Origin: a bacterium
GTDB taxonomy: Bacteria; Patescibacteriota; Patescibacteriia; JAHIZJ01
NCBI GenBank assembly: GCA_030699685.1
Contig: JAUYLJ010000068.1
Span: 8,947 to 72,946, forward strand
Direction of reading: 5' to 3'
DNA length: 64,000 nt
Position numbers and translations under genes: made by a program. Shown here in pieces: positions 1-9,722 of this stretch (the stretch's first letter is position 1; each line of letters begins with the position of its first letter). The notes beneath the pieces were generated by a model, which saw only the letters and a list, made by a program, of their open reading frames with translations, did no database searches and was not told where the DNA came from.

Positions 1-164
1 CAAACGGCAAGATCGCCGCGGTCAACAGCACAACAATTCAGAATTTTCTTCTTGGCGAAACTCGGCCGATTGACGTGCGTTTTACCCAGTCCGTATCTGG
101 CGGTACTCCGGAGGTTATCGTCACCGCCGACAACCTCGACCAGGGAAACTCCCTGGGCATATAA
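1..164 (+). CDS. 3' end of an unidentified CDS that continues from upstream of the window
   Basis: Open frame from position 3 to TAA at 162-164 (..EVIVTADNLDQGNSLGI*). No recognisable motif. Confidence 0.3.
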   Translation, partial: NGKIAAVNSTTIQNFLLGETRPIDVRFTQSVSGGTPEVIVTADNLDQGNSLGI

Positions 165-181
165 TTCCTCCGTGAGTACAT

Positions 182-1282
182 ATGAATCGTTTGCTGTATA
201 TTTTTAGGAAAACCGACTGGCTAATTTTTAGCCTGACTTTTTTGATTTTGGCGCTTGGCTTGTTGGCCATTTACAGCACGTCGTTCAGCGCGCCGGAACA
301 AGATCAGTCCGTTTTCACCAAACAAATCACTTTCATGCTGGCTGGATTTGTGTTGATGTTCCTGGTCAGCGGAATCGATTTTCGCTTATTGCGTTCCGTC
401 AGCTGGTTCCTCTACATCGGCGGGGCGCTCCTGCTCCTCCTAGTGCTGGTAATCGGAACAGAAATCCGTGGAACAACGGGCTGGATTTTTATTGGCAGCG
501 TGGGGTTTCAGCCGGTTGAATTCGTCAAGCTTCTTTTTATCGTTTTCTTAGCCAGATATTTTGCCGATCATGGACACGATTTTCGCCGGGTGCGTCCGGT
601 ACTTTTGAGCGGGTTGGGACTGGCTGCCTACTTGGGACTCGTTCTGATGCAGCCCGATTTAGGATCAGCCATCGTTTATTTTGTCCTTTGGTACGGCTTA
701 CTCTTCTTGCTTAACATCAAGCGCCGGTACCTGGTGGGAGTTTTCTTGACAGTCCTTATCTTCGCGTCAGCCAGCTGGTCTTTTGCCCTTCAAGACTATC
801 AGAAAGAAAGGATTATGACTTTTTTGAATCCCTCTCAGGACGCCCTGAAGACGGGGTATAACATTACCCAGTCAATGGTGGCGGTCGGCTCAGGCGAATT
901 TTGGGGCAGGGGGCTGGGTTTGGGTACGCAAAGCCAGCTTAATTTCCTGCCTGAACAGCAAACCGACTTTATCTATGCCGTCATAGCTGAAGAGCTTGGA
1001 TTCATTGGTGCGGCTCTTCTGCTGATACTTTTTGGGGTGCTGTTTTGGAGATTGATGAAGGTGGCGAGGGAGGCGCGCGATGATTACTCTCTTTTTCTAG
1101 CTAGCTCAGTCATCATTATGATTTATCTGCAAATGTTTATTAATATTGGCATGAACATGGGCTTGATGCCAGTCGTTGGAATTCCCTTGCCCTTTGTCAG
1201 TGCCGGCGGCAGCTCATTAATTGCTTCTCTCATTGCCATAGGGATGATCCAAAGCGTTATTATCCACCGCCCGACGTCCTGA
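182..1282 (+). CDS. SEDS-family peptidoglycan glycosyltransferase (RodA/FtsW)
   Basis: 10-TM profile. C-terminal region ...PLPFVSAGGSSLIASLIAIGMIQSV... is typical of FtsW/RodA/SpoVE. A partner PBP2 gene and mreBCD lie elsewhere in the window. Confidence 0.8.
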   Translation: MNRLLYIFRKTDWLIFSLTFLILALGLLAIYSTSFSAPEQDQSVFTKQITFMLAGFVLMFLVSGIDFRLLRSVSWFLYIGGALLLLLVLVIGTEIRGTTGWIFIGSVGFQPVEFVKLLFIVFLARYFADHGHDFRRVRPVLLSGLGLAAYLGLVLMQPDLGSAIVYFVLWYGLLFLLNIKRRYLVGVFLTVLIFASASWSFALQDYQKERIMTFLNPSQDALKTGYNITQSMVAVGSGEFWGRGLGLGTQSQLNFLPEQQTDFIYAVIAEELGFIGAALLLILFGVLFWRLMKVAREARDDYSLFLASSVIIMIYLQMFINIGMNMGLMPVVGIPLPFVSAGGSSLIASLIAIGMIQSVIIHRPTS

Positions 1283-1287
1283 TATCG

Positions 1288-1315
1288 TTGACAGATTCCC
1301 AATTTTTGCTATAAT
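1288..1315 (+). promoter_or_regulatory. sigma70-like promoter downstream of rodA/ftsW
   Basis: TTGACA-16 nt-TATAAT at 1288..1315. Confidence 0.45.
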
Positions 1316-1347
1316 GTAGCTGAAAAGATCAGTAACCTCTATATGCT

Positions 1348-1689
1348 TTGAAGTTTGAGGAGTCATCGTTGTCCTCATCAGGGGAAAGCACTCGTTTAGT
1401 CGTCAATTGCCCCTTGTGCCAAACGCGGTATAATCCATTATCCGCCCAGATTATTGATGAAAAGGAGGACGCTCATCTTGTGCATTTGCAGTGCCGCAAA
1501 TGTAGCTCCTCAATCGTCGCCCTTGTCTTAGCGACCGGTATGGGGATCAGTTCGGTGGGCGTTTTAACCGATTTGAGCAAGGATGACGCGGAAAAATTCA
1601 AAAATTCCTCGAAAATAAACGATAATGAGCTGATTGATCTGTACAGCCACTTGCGTTCCGACGCAGATATGCTTAGATATATTCGATAA
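1348..1689 (+). CDS. small hypothetical protein with CxxC...CxxC zinc-ribbon-like motifs
   Basis: Contains CPLCQ and CRKCSS. TTG start in the ORF track. A TTGACA-16-TATAAT promoter-like element lies just upstream. Confidence 0.4.
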   Translation: MKFEESSLSSSGESTRLVVNCPLCQTRYNPLSAQIIDEKEDAHLVHLQCRKCSSSIVALVLATGMGISSVGVLTDLSKDDAEKFKNSSKINDNELIDLYSHLRSDADMLRYIR

Positions 1690-1712
1690 TTTCAGTTAAT
1701 AAGCGACACACA

Positions 1713-2426
1713 ATGGCCGATTTGAAACTGGAGGCGCAGAGCAGAAAAGTATTAGGAAAAAAAGTTGATCAACTTCGCCGCGACGGTATTATTCCGGCGG
1801 TGATTTATGGGTCAAGCGTCAAAACAGTGCCAATCCAGGTTTCGTATAAGCAATTTGAAAAACTCTACGGTGAAGCCGGTGAGTCCAGCCTTGTGGATTT
1901 GACGGTTGACGAAGGGAAGGCGGTGGCGGTGTTGATTCAGTCGGTGACGAGACACCCTTTAACGGAGAAGCTTGAGCACGTTGATTTTTATCAGGTTGAT
2001 TTGACTAAAAAGATCATTGCCGAAATTGAGCTTCGATTCGAGGGAGAAGCGCCCGCTGTCAAAGAACTGAACGGTACCCTGGTGAAAAGTTTGGATAAAA
2101 TTGAAGTAGAATGCTTGCCGCAGCAGTTAGTCCCTGAAATTATTGTAGACGTGTCTTCTTTAAAAACCTTTGACGACATGATTCACGTCAGTGATCTGAA
2201 GATTCCGGAAGAGCTTGAGCTCAAAGATAACCCTGATGAGCCGGTTGCTTCAGTTCAGCCTCCTCGAAGCGAAAAAGAGCTTGAAGAACTCGACACTGAG
2301 GTGCAAGACGATGTTGATAAAGTCGAAAAGGTTGAGGAGAAGAAAACAGACGAAGAGGCCGAGGTAGAAGCTGATCAAGAGCAAAAAGCCAAACCCGGAG
2401 AAAAAGAATCCGGAGGCAAGGAATAA
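1713..2426 (+). CDS. rplY: 50S ribosomal protein bL25 (general stress protein Ctc form) with acidic C-terminal extension
   Basis: N-terminus MADLKLEAQSRKVLGKKVDQLRRDGIIPAVIYG is the canonical L25 signature. The long E/K/D-rich tail is as in Ctc-type L25. Confidence 0.85.
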   Translation: MADLKLEAQSRKVLGKKVDQLRRDGIIPAVIYGSSVKTVPIQVSYKQFEKLYGEAGESSLVDLTVDEGKAVAVLIQSVTRHPLTEKLEHVDFYQVDLTKKIIAEIELRFEGEAPAVKELNGTLVKSLDKIEVECLPQQLVPEIIVDVSSLKTFDDMIHVSDLKIPEELELKDNPDEPVASVQPPRSEKELEELDTEVQDDVDKVEKVEEKKTDEEAEVEADQEQKAKPGEKESGGKE

Positions 2427-2444
2427 TTTTTCCCAGGAGGAACG

Positions 2445-3509
2445 ATGAAGGAACTCATTGCTAAATTACGCAAAAAACCGCTGGCACTGGCTGGTATCGT
2501 GGCTGGCGTGCTGGTGATTGCCGCTATTGTTATCGGATTTCTCGTGTTCGGCGGGGAAAAAACAGTTTCGGGCGAGGGAGCCATGGATGGAAATACCAAT
2601 GACGAGGTGCCTGGCGGATATTTGCTGTCAAGAAAGATTGACGGCGTTCATATCGCCAGAACCAGGGAAAACTTTCAGCCAGTCGCCGTGATGGTAGAAA
2701 ATCTTGTGGCTTCACGACCTCAAGCCGGCCTGGACACGGCGAGCCTTGTCTATGAAGCGTTAGCTGAGGGGGGAATCACGAGATTTATGGCCGTCTATGC
2801 TTCGGGCGATCAGATAAGCAAAATTGGTCCAGTTCGCTCGGCGCGCGATTATTACCTTGACTGGGTGAAAGAACTTAATGCCGTCTACGCTCATATCGGC
2901 GGCAGCCCCCAGGCGTTCCAGCTGATACCACAATATGATATTCTGGACCTCAACCAATTCTACAATAGCCAGTATTTCTGGCGCGATGACAAACGCTTTG
3001 CTCCGCATAATCTCTACACTTCATCTGAATTGCTGGACCGGGCGGTTCGGGACAAGGACTTCCCCGAGCAGGGTGATTTTGAGTCCTGGGTCTATGCTTC
3101 GGAAGAAGATCCCGTAGGCGAAAGCGGACAAACATTGACCATAGATTTTTCAACCTACAGCTACGAGACGAGCTACGTGTACGACCGCGAAACAAACGAG
3201 TACCAGCGTTTTCAGGCCGGGGAGCCGCATATCATGGAAAACGGGGCGGAAATCCACGCCAAAAACGTTATTGTGCAATTTGTAAAAGTGCGGATCGCCG
3301 ACGCGGAAAACCGTCTCAATCAGGAAACAATCGGCGAGGGAGAGGCGAGGGTTTATACGAACGGCCGGGAGATTACTGGCACTTGGAAAAAAGAAACTCT
3401 CGAATCCCGGACGAGATACTTCGATTCTTCCAACAATGAAATCGAGCTGAATCCCGGAAAAACCTGGGTAGCGGTAGTGCCAACTGATCGCGGAGTTACC
3501 TACGAGTAA
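2445..3509 (+). CDS. DUF3048-family (YerB-like) membrane-anchored protein
   Basis: N-terminal TM anchor, then PVAVMVENLVASRPQAGLDTASLVYEALAEGGITRFMAVY, which is characteristic of DUF3048. Confidence 0.65.
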   Translation: MKELIAKLRKKPLALAGIVAGVLVIAAIVIGFLVFGGEKTVSGEGAMDGNTNDEVPGGYLLSRKIDGVHIARTRENFQPVAVMVENLVASRPQAGLDTASLVYEALAEGGITRFMAVYASGDQISKIGPVRSARDYYLDWVKELNAVYAHIGGSPQAFQLIPQYDILDLNQFYNSQYFWRDDKRFAPHNLYTSSELLDRAVRDKDFPEQGDFESWVYASEEDPVGESGQTLTIDFSTYSYETSYVYDRETNEYQRFQAGEPHIMENGAEIHAKNVIVQFVKVRIADAENRLNQETIGEGEARVYTNGREITGTWKKETLESRTRYFDSSNNEIELNPGKTWVAVVPTDRGVTYE

Positions 3510-3521
3510 TTTAGGGAACGC

Positions 3522-4682
3522 ATGTCAAAACAAAAACAAAGCGCTCCGTGGCTACTAGTAATTAAACAGCGTCCCTGGCTTTGGGGCGGAGGAGCTTTCG
3601 TGTTGCTGACGGTCGGTGTCTGGCTGGCTCTGTTAGCTATCGCTCCCGACCTGCTCAGACCCTTTTCGTGGGCGATGACCAGATCGGAAGATACTGTGGT
3701 GGAGACGCCGGAAGTGGTTCCTGTGGTTGAGGAGGATGAAGAGGAGCAAGACGGCCTGGTCCCACGGAGCATTGACGGCGTGTTAGTCGCTCAGGAAAAT
3801 TCCAATCCTTTTCCCGTGGCGATGATGATAGACAATATTCCTCCGGCCTGGCCACATAGCGGTTTGGAAGCGGCCTCGGTGCTGTACGAAACACTGGTGG
3901 AAGGCGGCGCCACTCGGATCATGGCGGTGTTTGCCGGCGGAGAAGCGGCGAAAATCGGCCCGGTCCGTTCAGCTCGTCCGTATTATCTGGAGTGGGTGTC
4001 TGAGTACGACGCGCTGTACGGTCATGTTGGCGGTTCGCCAGAAGCGCTGGGCGCTATTGACGGCATGGGGATCAAAGATTTCAGCCAGTTTTCAAATGGA
4101 CAGTATTTCTGGAGGGATCAGTCCCGCTACGCCCCCCACAACGTCTACACGAGTTCCGAGCTGATACAGCGAGCGCTGCGTGACCGGGACTTTGCCGAGG
4201 AAACGCCTCAATACGGCAGCTGGTTATTCAAAGATGACGCTCCGCTGGAAGAGCGCCCGCTCAAGGAAGAAAGCATTGAAGTGCATTTTTCGAGCGGCCA
4301 GACCTGGGTTTCCGAATACGTGTATGACCGCGTGACAAACCAATACGCCAAGTTTCACGCTGGACGGCCGCACATTGACGCTGAGACTGGCAACCAGCTG
4401 CAAACCAAGAATGTGGTGGTGATTATCATTCCGCCAATTCTAGATTATGGCGAAAAAGGCCGCTTAACTCTTGATGTTCACGGCGAAGGACGGGCCTTTA
4501 TCTTCAGGGACGGCGAGAAGATCACCGGTTCCTGGAAAAAGACCGATCGTCTCGACCGTACTCGTTTCTATGACGAAAACGGCAGCGAAGTGCTTCTCAA
4601 CCGTGGAACAAGCTGGGTATCCATCGTGCCCGAAGGCAACGACGTGATTTACACCGAGTCGGAGATGGTCGAGGGGGAATAG
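3522..4682 (+). CDS. DUF3048-family protein, tandem paralog of the previous gene
   Basis: Same architecture, PVAMMIDNIPPAWPHSGLEAASVLYETLVEGGATRIMAVF. Paralogous to 2445..3509 along the whole length. Confidence 0.65.
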   Translation: MSKQKQSAPWLLVIKQRPWLWGGGAFVLLTVGVWLALLAIAPDLLRPFSWAMTRSEDTVVETPEVVPVVEEDEEEQDGLVPRSIDGVLVAQENSNPFPVAMMIDNIPPAWPHSGLEAASVLYETLVEGGATRIMAVFAGGEAAKIGPVRSARPYYLEWVSEYDALYGHVGGSPEALGAIDGMGIKDFSQFSNGQYFWRDQSRYAPHNVYTSSELIQRALRDRDFAEETPQYGSWLFKDDAPLEERPLKEESIEVHFSSGQTWVSEYVYDRVTNQYAKFHAGRPHIDAETGNQLQTKNVVVIIIPPILDYGEKGRLTLDVHGEGRAFIFRDGEKITGSWKKTDRLDRTRFYDENGSEVLLNRGTSWVSIVPEGNDVIYTESEMVEGE

Positions 4683-5545
4683 CGCAGTTCCGCTAGGCGC
4701 TCCCGTCCGGACAGGTCGCGGGAAAACGATACAAGCCAGTCGGGCAAGATCGTCTTGCTCAATTCTTGGAATTGCCGAGTCCGGCGCGGATCGATTTCCA
4801 GCAATACGGCGGGCCTGTCCTGTCGTTGGCGGAGCTCACGGAGAAAGCGTGAAAACAGAGACAAGCCGTTTAGGCCGCCGTCAAGTGCCAGCCGGGGTTC
4901 GTGATGGATTGACTCTTCTTGATGAATTTCCTCGGGCGTGAGATAGGGAAGATTGGCCACAATCAGGTCCAGCTCTTCGCTCTTGAGGGGCGATAACAGA
5001 TCTCCCGCTACCAGCGAGCATCTGTTGAGAAGCCCAAAGCGCTGCAAATTGGTCCGCGCGACCGATAGTGCGTCCCCGGACAGGTCGACGGCCCAACCCC
5101 GGACGGACGGCCGCTCACTCAGAAGTGTGGCAATCAAGCAGCCTGATCCGGTGCCGATATCAGCGATTCTGGCAGGCGAGTGGCGACTGATGCGTTTCAA
5201 TGTCAACTCTATCAAAGCCTCAGAGTCAGGCCGGGGGATGAGGACCGATGGTGAGACCCGGAACATTCTCCCATAAAACTCTTTTTGGCCGGTCAGGTAG
5301 GCAATCGGCTCTCCCTGGATTCGACGCTGAAGCAGCTGCATAAACTCTTGCTCGCTGGCTTGATTGAGCTTGGCCTGTGGTTCCCGCCAGAGCGCCGCAC
5401 TTGATTTCTGCGTCGCGTGCCTGAGGATCAGTTCAGCGTCCAGGGTGGCACTGCTTGAATCGATCCGGTTGAGGTGATTGGCCGCGCTCTGGAAGGCTTT
5501 ACGCACCGTCAGCGGCATTGTGCAGTGCGTTAATAATCGGCTCAA
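4649..5545 (-). CDS. prmC: release-factor glutamine N5-methyltransferase (PrmC/HemK)
   Basis: Class I SAM MTase motifs (ADIGTGSGC). The substrate-binding motif reads NLPY rather than NPPY. Immediately downstream of prfA, as in the classic prfA-prmC operon. Confidence 0.75.
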   Translation of the reverse strand: MSRLLTHCTMPLTVRKAFQSAANHLNRIDSSSATLDAELILRHATQKSSAALWREPQAKLNQASEQEFMQLLQRRIQGEPIAYLTGQKEFYGRMFRVSPSVLIPRPDSEALIELTLKRISRHSPARIADIGTGSGCLIATLLSERPSVRGWAVDLSGDALSVARTNLQRFGLLNRCSLVAGDLLSPLKSEELDLIVANLPYLTPEEIHQEESIHHEPRLALDGGLNGLSLFSRFLRELRQRQDRPAVLLEIDPRRTRQFQELSKTILPDWLVSFSRDLSGRERLAELRYSPSTISDSV

Positions 5546-6542
5546 TGCGTCCGTCGAGAATTTCGATCAAATTCGACCAGCTTTTTTTTATCCGATGATC
5601 GGTAATTCTATCTTGGGGGAAGTTATAGGTTCGGATCTTTTCCGACCGGTCACCAGTGCCGATTTGCTTTTTTCTGTCATCGGATCGTTCTTTTCTCTGT
5701 CTTTCTTCCTCTATATCAAGCAGTCGCGAACGGAGCACCTGGAGAGCCCGTTCTCGGTTTTGGATTTGTGAACGTTCATCTTGGCATTGGACCACCAGGC
5801 CGGTCGGCTTGTGTCTGATTCTAATGGCTGAATACGTGGTATTGACGCTTTGGCCGCCGTTTCCCTGAGCAGTCGATGTTTGGATTTCCAGGTCTTCGGG
5901 TCGGATCTCGATTTCCTTTTCTTCCGCTTCCGGCAGCACGGCGACGCTGGCCGCCGAGGTGTGAACCCGTCCAGATTTTTCCGTTTCCGGTATTCGTTGT
6001 ACCCGGTGTACGCCGCTTTCGTATTTCAGCTGGCTGTAAACATTTTGACCGCGGATTTCAAAAATGATTTCCTTAAACCCGCCCAAGCCAGTCCGGTTCG
6101 CCGAGATGAGGTGCGTAGACCAGTTTTTTTCCTCAGCAAAGCGAGAATACATACGAAAAAGATCGGCCGCAAAAAGGGTGGCTTCGTCACCGCCGGTACC
6201 GGCTCGGACTTCAATGATAATGTTTTTCTGGTCTCGCGGATCCTTCGGCTGTTCCATGGCCCTCAATTGGGAACCGACGCGTTCTTTTTCCTGGCTGAGT
6301 TTGGCTGATTCAGATTCGGCCAGTGCGACCAATTCCTGATCATTGTCGCTTTGAATGGTGTCTTTCAGTTCCTGCAGCTGGTGTTCAAGCTGCCGCTGAC
6401 GTTCATACAGGTCGCGTAATTCTGTCAGCCGCGCGTACTCTTGAGACGCGCGCCGCAATTCATCAGGATGGCTGTTGATTTCCCGCGACTGCAGCTGCTT
6501 TTCCAGCGACTGAATTGCCGCCAATAGTTGGTCTTCCTTCAT
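5499..6542 (-). CDS. prfA: peptide chain release factor 1
   Basis: GGQ motif ([41 protein letters not shown]). The tripeptide recognition region reads [26 protein letters not shown], which is RF1-type but with PET in place of the usual PAT/PVT. Confidence 0.9.
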   Translation of the reverse strand: MKEDQLLAAIQSLEKQLQSREINSHPDELRRASQEYARLTELRDLYERQRQLEHQLQELKDTIQSDNDQELVALAESESAKLSQEKERVGSQLRAMEQPKDPRDQKNIIIEVRAGTGGDEATLFAADLFRMYSRFAEEKNWSTHLISANRTGLGGFKEIIFEIRGQNVYSQLKYESGVHRVQRIPETEKSGRVHTSAASVAVLPEAEEKEIEIRPEDLEIQTSTAQGNGGQSVNTTYSAIRIRHKPTGLVVQCQDERSQIQNRERALQVLRSRLLDIEEERQRKERSDDRKKQIGTGDRSEKIRTYNFPQDRITDHRIKKSWSNLIEILDGRIEPIINALHNAADGA

Positions 6543-6591
6543 TCGCGTATTGTAAACCCGCCAGCTCTTTATGAAGCTGGCGCGTGGGTGT

Positions 6592-6825
6592 TTATTTACC
6601 GCCTCGCGGCTTTTGCATCGACTGTTTCTTCTCCATCATTTTCTTGTATCGGTCGACACGCCGGGCGGTATCAAGCAGCTTTTGCTTGCCTGTGTAAAAG
6701 GGATGACAATGAGAACAAATTTCTACGCTAATCTCAGCCACAGTGGAACCAGCGGTGACCGTATTCCCGCAGGCGCAGCGGATGGCGGCTTGGGGATGGT
6801 ATTCGGGGTGAGCGTCTTTTTTCAT
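6592..6825 (-). CDS. rpmE: 50S ribosomal protein bL31
   Basis: [49 protein letters not shown] matches L31 with its zinc ribbon. Start chosen at the MKKD Met rather than the upstream track start. Confidence 0.85.
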   Translation of the reverse strand: MKKDAHPEYHPQAAIRCACGNTVTAGSTVAEISVEICSHCHPFYTGKQKLLDTARRVDRYKKMMEKKQSMQKPRGGK

Positions 6826-6926
6826 GAGTCTATTCAATCAACATAATTACAGGAACAGTATACTGGCCACAGGAAGGGAAGTCAATCCCATCGCGGATAA
6901 TCTTCCCTCGGGGGAAAAACCAACAT

Positions 6927-6955
6927 TTGACTCTAATAAAAAGCAATGGTATAGT
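6927..6955 (+). promoter_or_regulatory. sigma70-like promoter upstream of rpsB-tsf
   Basis: TTGACT-17 nt-TATAGT at 6927..6955, about 120 bp upstream of the rpsB start. Confidence 0.5.
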
Positions 6956-7077
6956 GTGGAATGTCAGTTTAATTTATCACACATACCTGGCAATGTTACT
7001 GTAAGCGGAGCTTGCCTTTTCGAGAGCCTTGTCTCGAATTTGGTCCCGCGGCAGGCCGGGTAGAGGAGTAAAGGATC

Positions 7078-7845
7078 ATGAATTCGAAAGACATCTCTCT
7101 CTTGGAGATGCTTAAAAGCGGAGTACACTTCGGCCATCAGAAGTCCCGCTGGCATCCCAAAATGAAGCAGTATATATTCACTGAACGCAATAGTGTTCAT
7201 ATTATTGATTTAGAAAAAACACGGGACAAACTGATGGAAGCCTTGGATTTCCTCAGGGAAACGGCCAGCCGCGGAGGAACGGTAGTGTTTATTGGTACGA
7301 AGAAGCAGTCCCAAAGCATCATTCTCAATCATGCTCAGGCTTCAGGCATGCCCTATATCGTCAACCGGTGGATCGGCGGATTGTTTACGAATTTTCCAGT
7401 GGTGAAAAAACTGCTGAACAAACTTTCGGAATTAAAACGCCAGCAGGAAAGCGGCGGTTGGCAGAAATATACGAAAAAAGAGCAAGTCTCTCTGAAAAAG
7501 CATTTGGACAAACTCCAAGGCCTGGTCGGCGGTCTCGAAAATCTGACGAAGATTCCCGACGCTATTTACGTGGTTGACGTGAAGAATGAAAAGACGGCAG
7601 TCGAAGAAGCCCGCCGCAAAAAAATCCCCATTGTGGCGCTGGTGGACACCAACATTGACCCTACCAAGATCACCTATCCGATACCGGCCAACGACGACGC
7701 AACAAAGTCGATAGAATACATTACCGGGAAAATAGCGGCCGCCATTATGGAAGGCAAGGATAATCCCGTACCGATTGAAGGGAAGGAAGAATCAGAAAAA
7801 ACGGTACCTGAGAAAGAAGCCGCAACCCAAAAGACAAGCTCCTAA
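7078..7845 (+). CDS. rpsB: 30S ribosomal protein uS2
   Basis: LLEMLKSGVHFGHQKSRWHPKMKQYIF is the canonical S2 N-terminus. Preceded by a TTGACT-17-TATAGT promoter and followed by tsf. Confidence 0.95.
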   Translation: MNSKDISLLEMLKSGVHFGHQKSRWHPKMKQYIFTERNSVHIIDLEKTRDKLMEALDFLRETASRGGTVVFIGTKKQSQSIILNHAQASGMPYIVNRWIGGLFTNFPVVKKLLNKLSELKRQQESGGWQKYTKKEQVSLKKHLDKLQGLVGGLENLTKIPDAIYVVDVKNEKTAVEEARRKKIPIVALVDTNIDPTKITYPIPANDDATKSIEYITGKIAAAIMEGKDNPVPIEGKEESEKTVPEKEAATQKTSS

Positions 7846-7860
7846 ACTTTAGGATAACCC

Positions 7861-8448
7861 ATGCCAAAAATCAGCACAGAACAAATCCAAACCTTGAGAC
7901 AAAGCACGGGCGTTGGCCTCATGGATGCTAAAAAAGCCCTGGAAGAAGCCGAAGGCGACCTGGTCAAAGCCCAGGAGCTTCTAAGAAAACGAGGAGAAAA
8001 AGTCACGGCGTCCAAAGCCAACCGCGTGACCGAACAAGGCATCGTCGAATCGTATATTCACGCCAATCAGAAAGTCGGCAGCGTGGTAGTCCTGCTTTGC
8101 GAAACGGACTTTGTCGCGCGCACTCCGGAATTCCAGGAACTGGCCCATGAATTAGCCATCCAGGTGGCCGCGACCGGTGCCTGCTATGTCAGTCCCGACG
8201 AGGTTCCAGCCGAAATCGTCGAGAAGGAGAAAGAAGTGATTCGCGCCCAGGTCGATTCCTCAAAAAAACCGGCTATCCAAGAATCAATTATCAAAGGAAA
8301 ACTGGATAAGTTTTTTGCGGAGATTTGCCTGCTCAAGCAGCAATACGTGAAAGACGACTCGATGACAATCGAAGAAATGATGACCTCTCGCGTCACGAAA
8401 TTAGGTGAAAACATCCGTATCAAAGAAATAGGCTATTTTGCTATTTAA
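7861..8448 (+). CDS. tsf: translation elongation factor Ts (short form)
   Basis: N-terminal UBA-like LRQSTGVGLMDAKKALEEAEGDLVKAQELLRKRG, and classic rpsB-tsf synteny. Confidence 0.9.
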   Translation: MPKISTEQIQTLRQSTGVGLMDAKKALEEAEGDLVKAQELLRKRGEKVTASKANRVTEQGIVESYIHANQKVGSVVVLLCETDFVARTPEFQELAHELAIQVAATGACYVSPDEVPAEIVEKEKEVIRAQVDSSKKPAIQESIIKGKLDKFFAEICLLKQQYVKDDSMTIEEMMTSRVTKLGENIRIKEIGYFAI

Positions 8449-8474
8449 GGTTTAACGCCTGAATACGAGCCTCC

Positions 8475-9320
8475 ATGGCTGACATCATCATCGTTATTAT
8501 CGCCGTTCTCTCACTGGCAGGTATCGCTTGGTTGACCTCTCGGCACTGGCAACAGCTATTGGCCTACCGCCCGGGAGCGGACAACGAACGCGTGGAACGG
8601 CGAAAACAAGATATTATCAGCCAGCGTCTTGAACGGAAGTTTACCCGGGTAAGCTTGCCGCTTGTTCGTTCTGTGCGGCCAGCGGTCTCCAAGGCGTTTG
8701 AGTGGGCGCGCCGGAGCTACCATGGGGTGCGGAATCTTGAAAATAAGTACCGTCACCTCAGCGAACAGGAGGCGGGAGAGGACCTCAAGACCGGCCCCAG
8801 TGTTCAGTACAGATTGCGCGGAGAAATTGACGAGCACATCCAAGACGAAAATTACGCCGATGCGGAGAAGAAACTCATTGAGTTGATATCACTCGACGCC
8901 GGAGATCCCGAGCATTACAGGCGATTGGGCCATTTGTACGTGGAGATGAAGGAATTTGGGCAGGCAGTTGAAACGTTTTCATACGTCCTTATTTTAGCGG
9001 CCAAGCTGAAACGTGAGCAGGAAGTGATCAGCGGTTCTGATGTCTCTGAGGAAGCGTCTGACCACATAAATCTCGGGCTGGCGTATCGTGGGTTGAGTAA
9101 ATACCCCGAGGCTTTGAAAGAAATGGAACGCGCTTGCCAACTGGAATCAAACAATCCAAGAAACCTTGATCTTTTGCTAGAGACAAGTATACTGGCACAA
9201 GATAAAATGCAAGCATGGAGCGCTTTTGATCGGCTAAAGGCGGTTAATCCGGAGAATCAAAAGCTAGCACAGTTCGAAGAGCAAATTCACGAGTTGGAAA
9301 GTAAGAGTAGGAATTTTTAA
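8475..9320 (+). CDS. hypothetical membrane-anchored protein with TPR-like helical repeats
   Basis: N-terminal TM helix. The C-terminal half has TPR-like segments (YRRLGHLYVEMKEFGQAVETF, LGLAYRGLSKYPEALKEMERACQ). Confidence 0.4.
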   Translation: MADIIIVIIAVLSLAGIAWLTSRHWQQLLAYRPGADNERVERRKQDIISQRLERKFTRVSLPLVRSVRPAVSKAFEWARRSYHGVRNLENKYRHLSEQEAGEDLKTGPSVQYRLRGEIDEHIQDENYADAEKKLIELISLDAGDPEHYRRLGHLYVEMKEFGQAVETFSYVLILAAKLKREQEVISGSDVSEEASDHINLGLAYRGLSKYPEALKEMERACQLESNNPRNLDLLLETSILAQDKMQAWSAFDRLKAVNPENQKLAQFEEQIHELESKSRNF

Positions 9321-9416
9321 CATTTATTGCCGAGCTGTGATTGACCCGCCCCTTGCCAGGTGCTGATGTAGCTTCCCCCGGCTATGCCCGGCACAAACAG
9401 TTGGCCCGCCGCTTCT

Positions 9417-9492
9417 GCCGATGTAGCTCAGCTGGTAGAGCAACTCCATGGTAAGGAGTAGGTCACCGGTTCAATTCCGGTCATCGGCTCCA
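9417..9492 (+). tRNA. tRNA-Thr (anticodon GGT)
   Basis: Acceptor GCCGATG/CATCGGC, D-arm TAGCTCAGCTGGTAGAGC, anticodon loop ATGGTAA, T-arm GGTTCAATTCC, then CCA. Confidence 0.85.
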
Positions 9493-9636
9493 GAAGCGGC
9501 GGGGTAAATACAGCGGCATTGCACCTGCGTCACACTCAGTAAAGTAATAATAATGAAGGCAAGGTGCCGCTAGGAAAAAGGTGGTGGCGAAGCTCTCAAG
9601 CGCTTATTGAAAAAGTGATATCTTCACCCTTCTGGT

Positions 9637-9722
9637 GGGTCGGTACCCAAGCGGTCAACGGGGGCAGACTGTAAATCTGCTGGCCTCGGCCTTCGTAGGT
9701 TCGAATCCTACCCGGCCCACCA
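9637..9722 (+). tRNA. tRNA-Tyr (anticodon GTA) with long variable arm
   Basis: Acceptor GGGTCGG/CCGGCCC, anticodon stem-loop GCAGA-CTGTAAA-TCTGC, long variable arm TGGCCTCGGCCTTC, T-arm GTAGGTTCGAATCCTAC, discriminator A plus CCA. Confidence 0.8.

Noticed and set aside
5499-5545. 47-bp overlap between prfA stop and prmC start
   Set aside because: Probably an over-extended prmC start in the ORF track (an internal Met at MPLTV is plausible). Not treated as programmed frameshifting.
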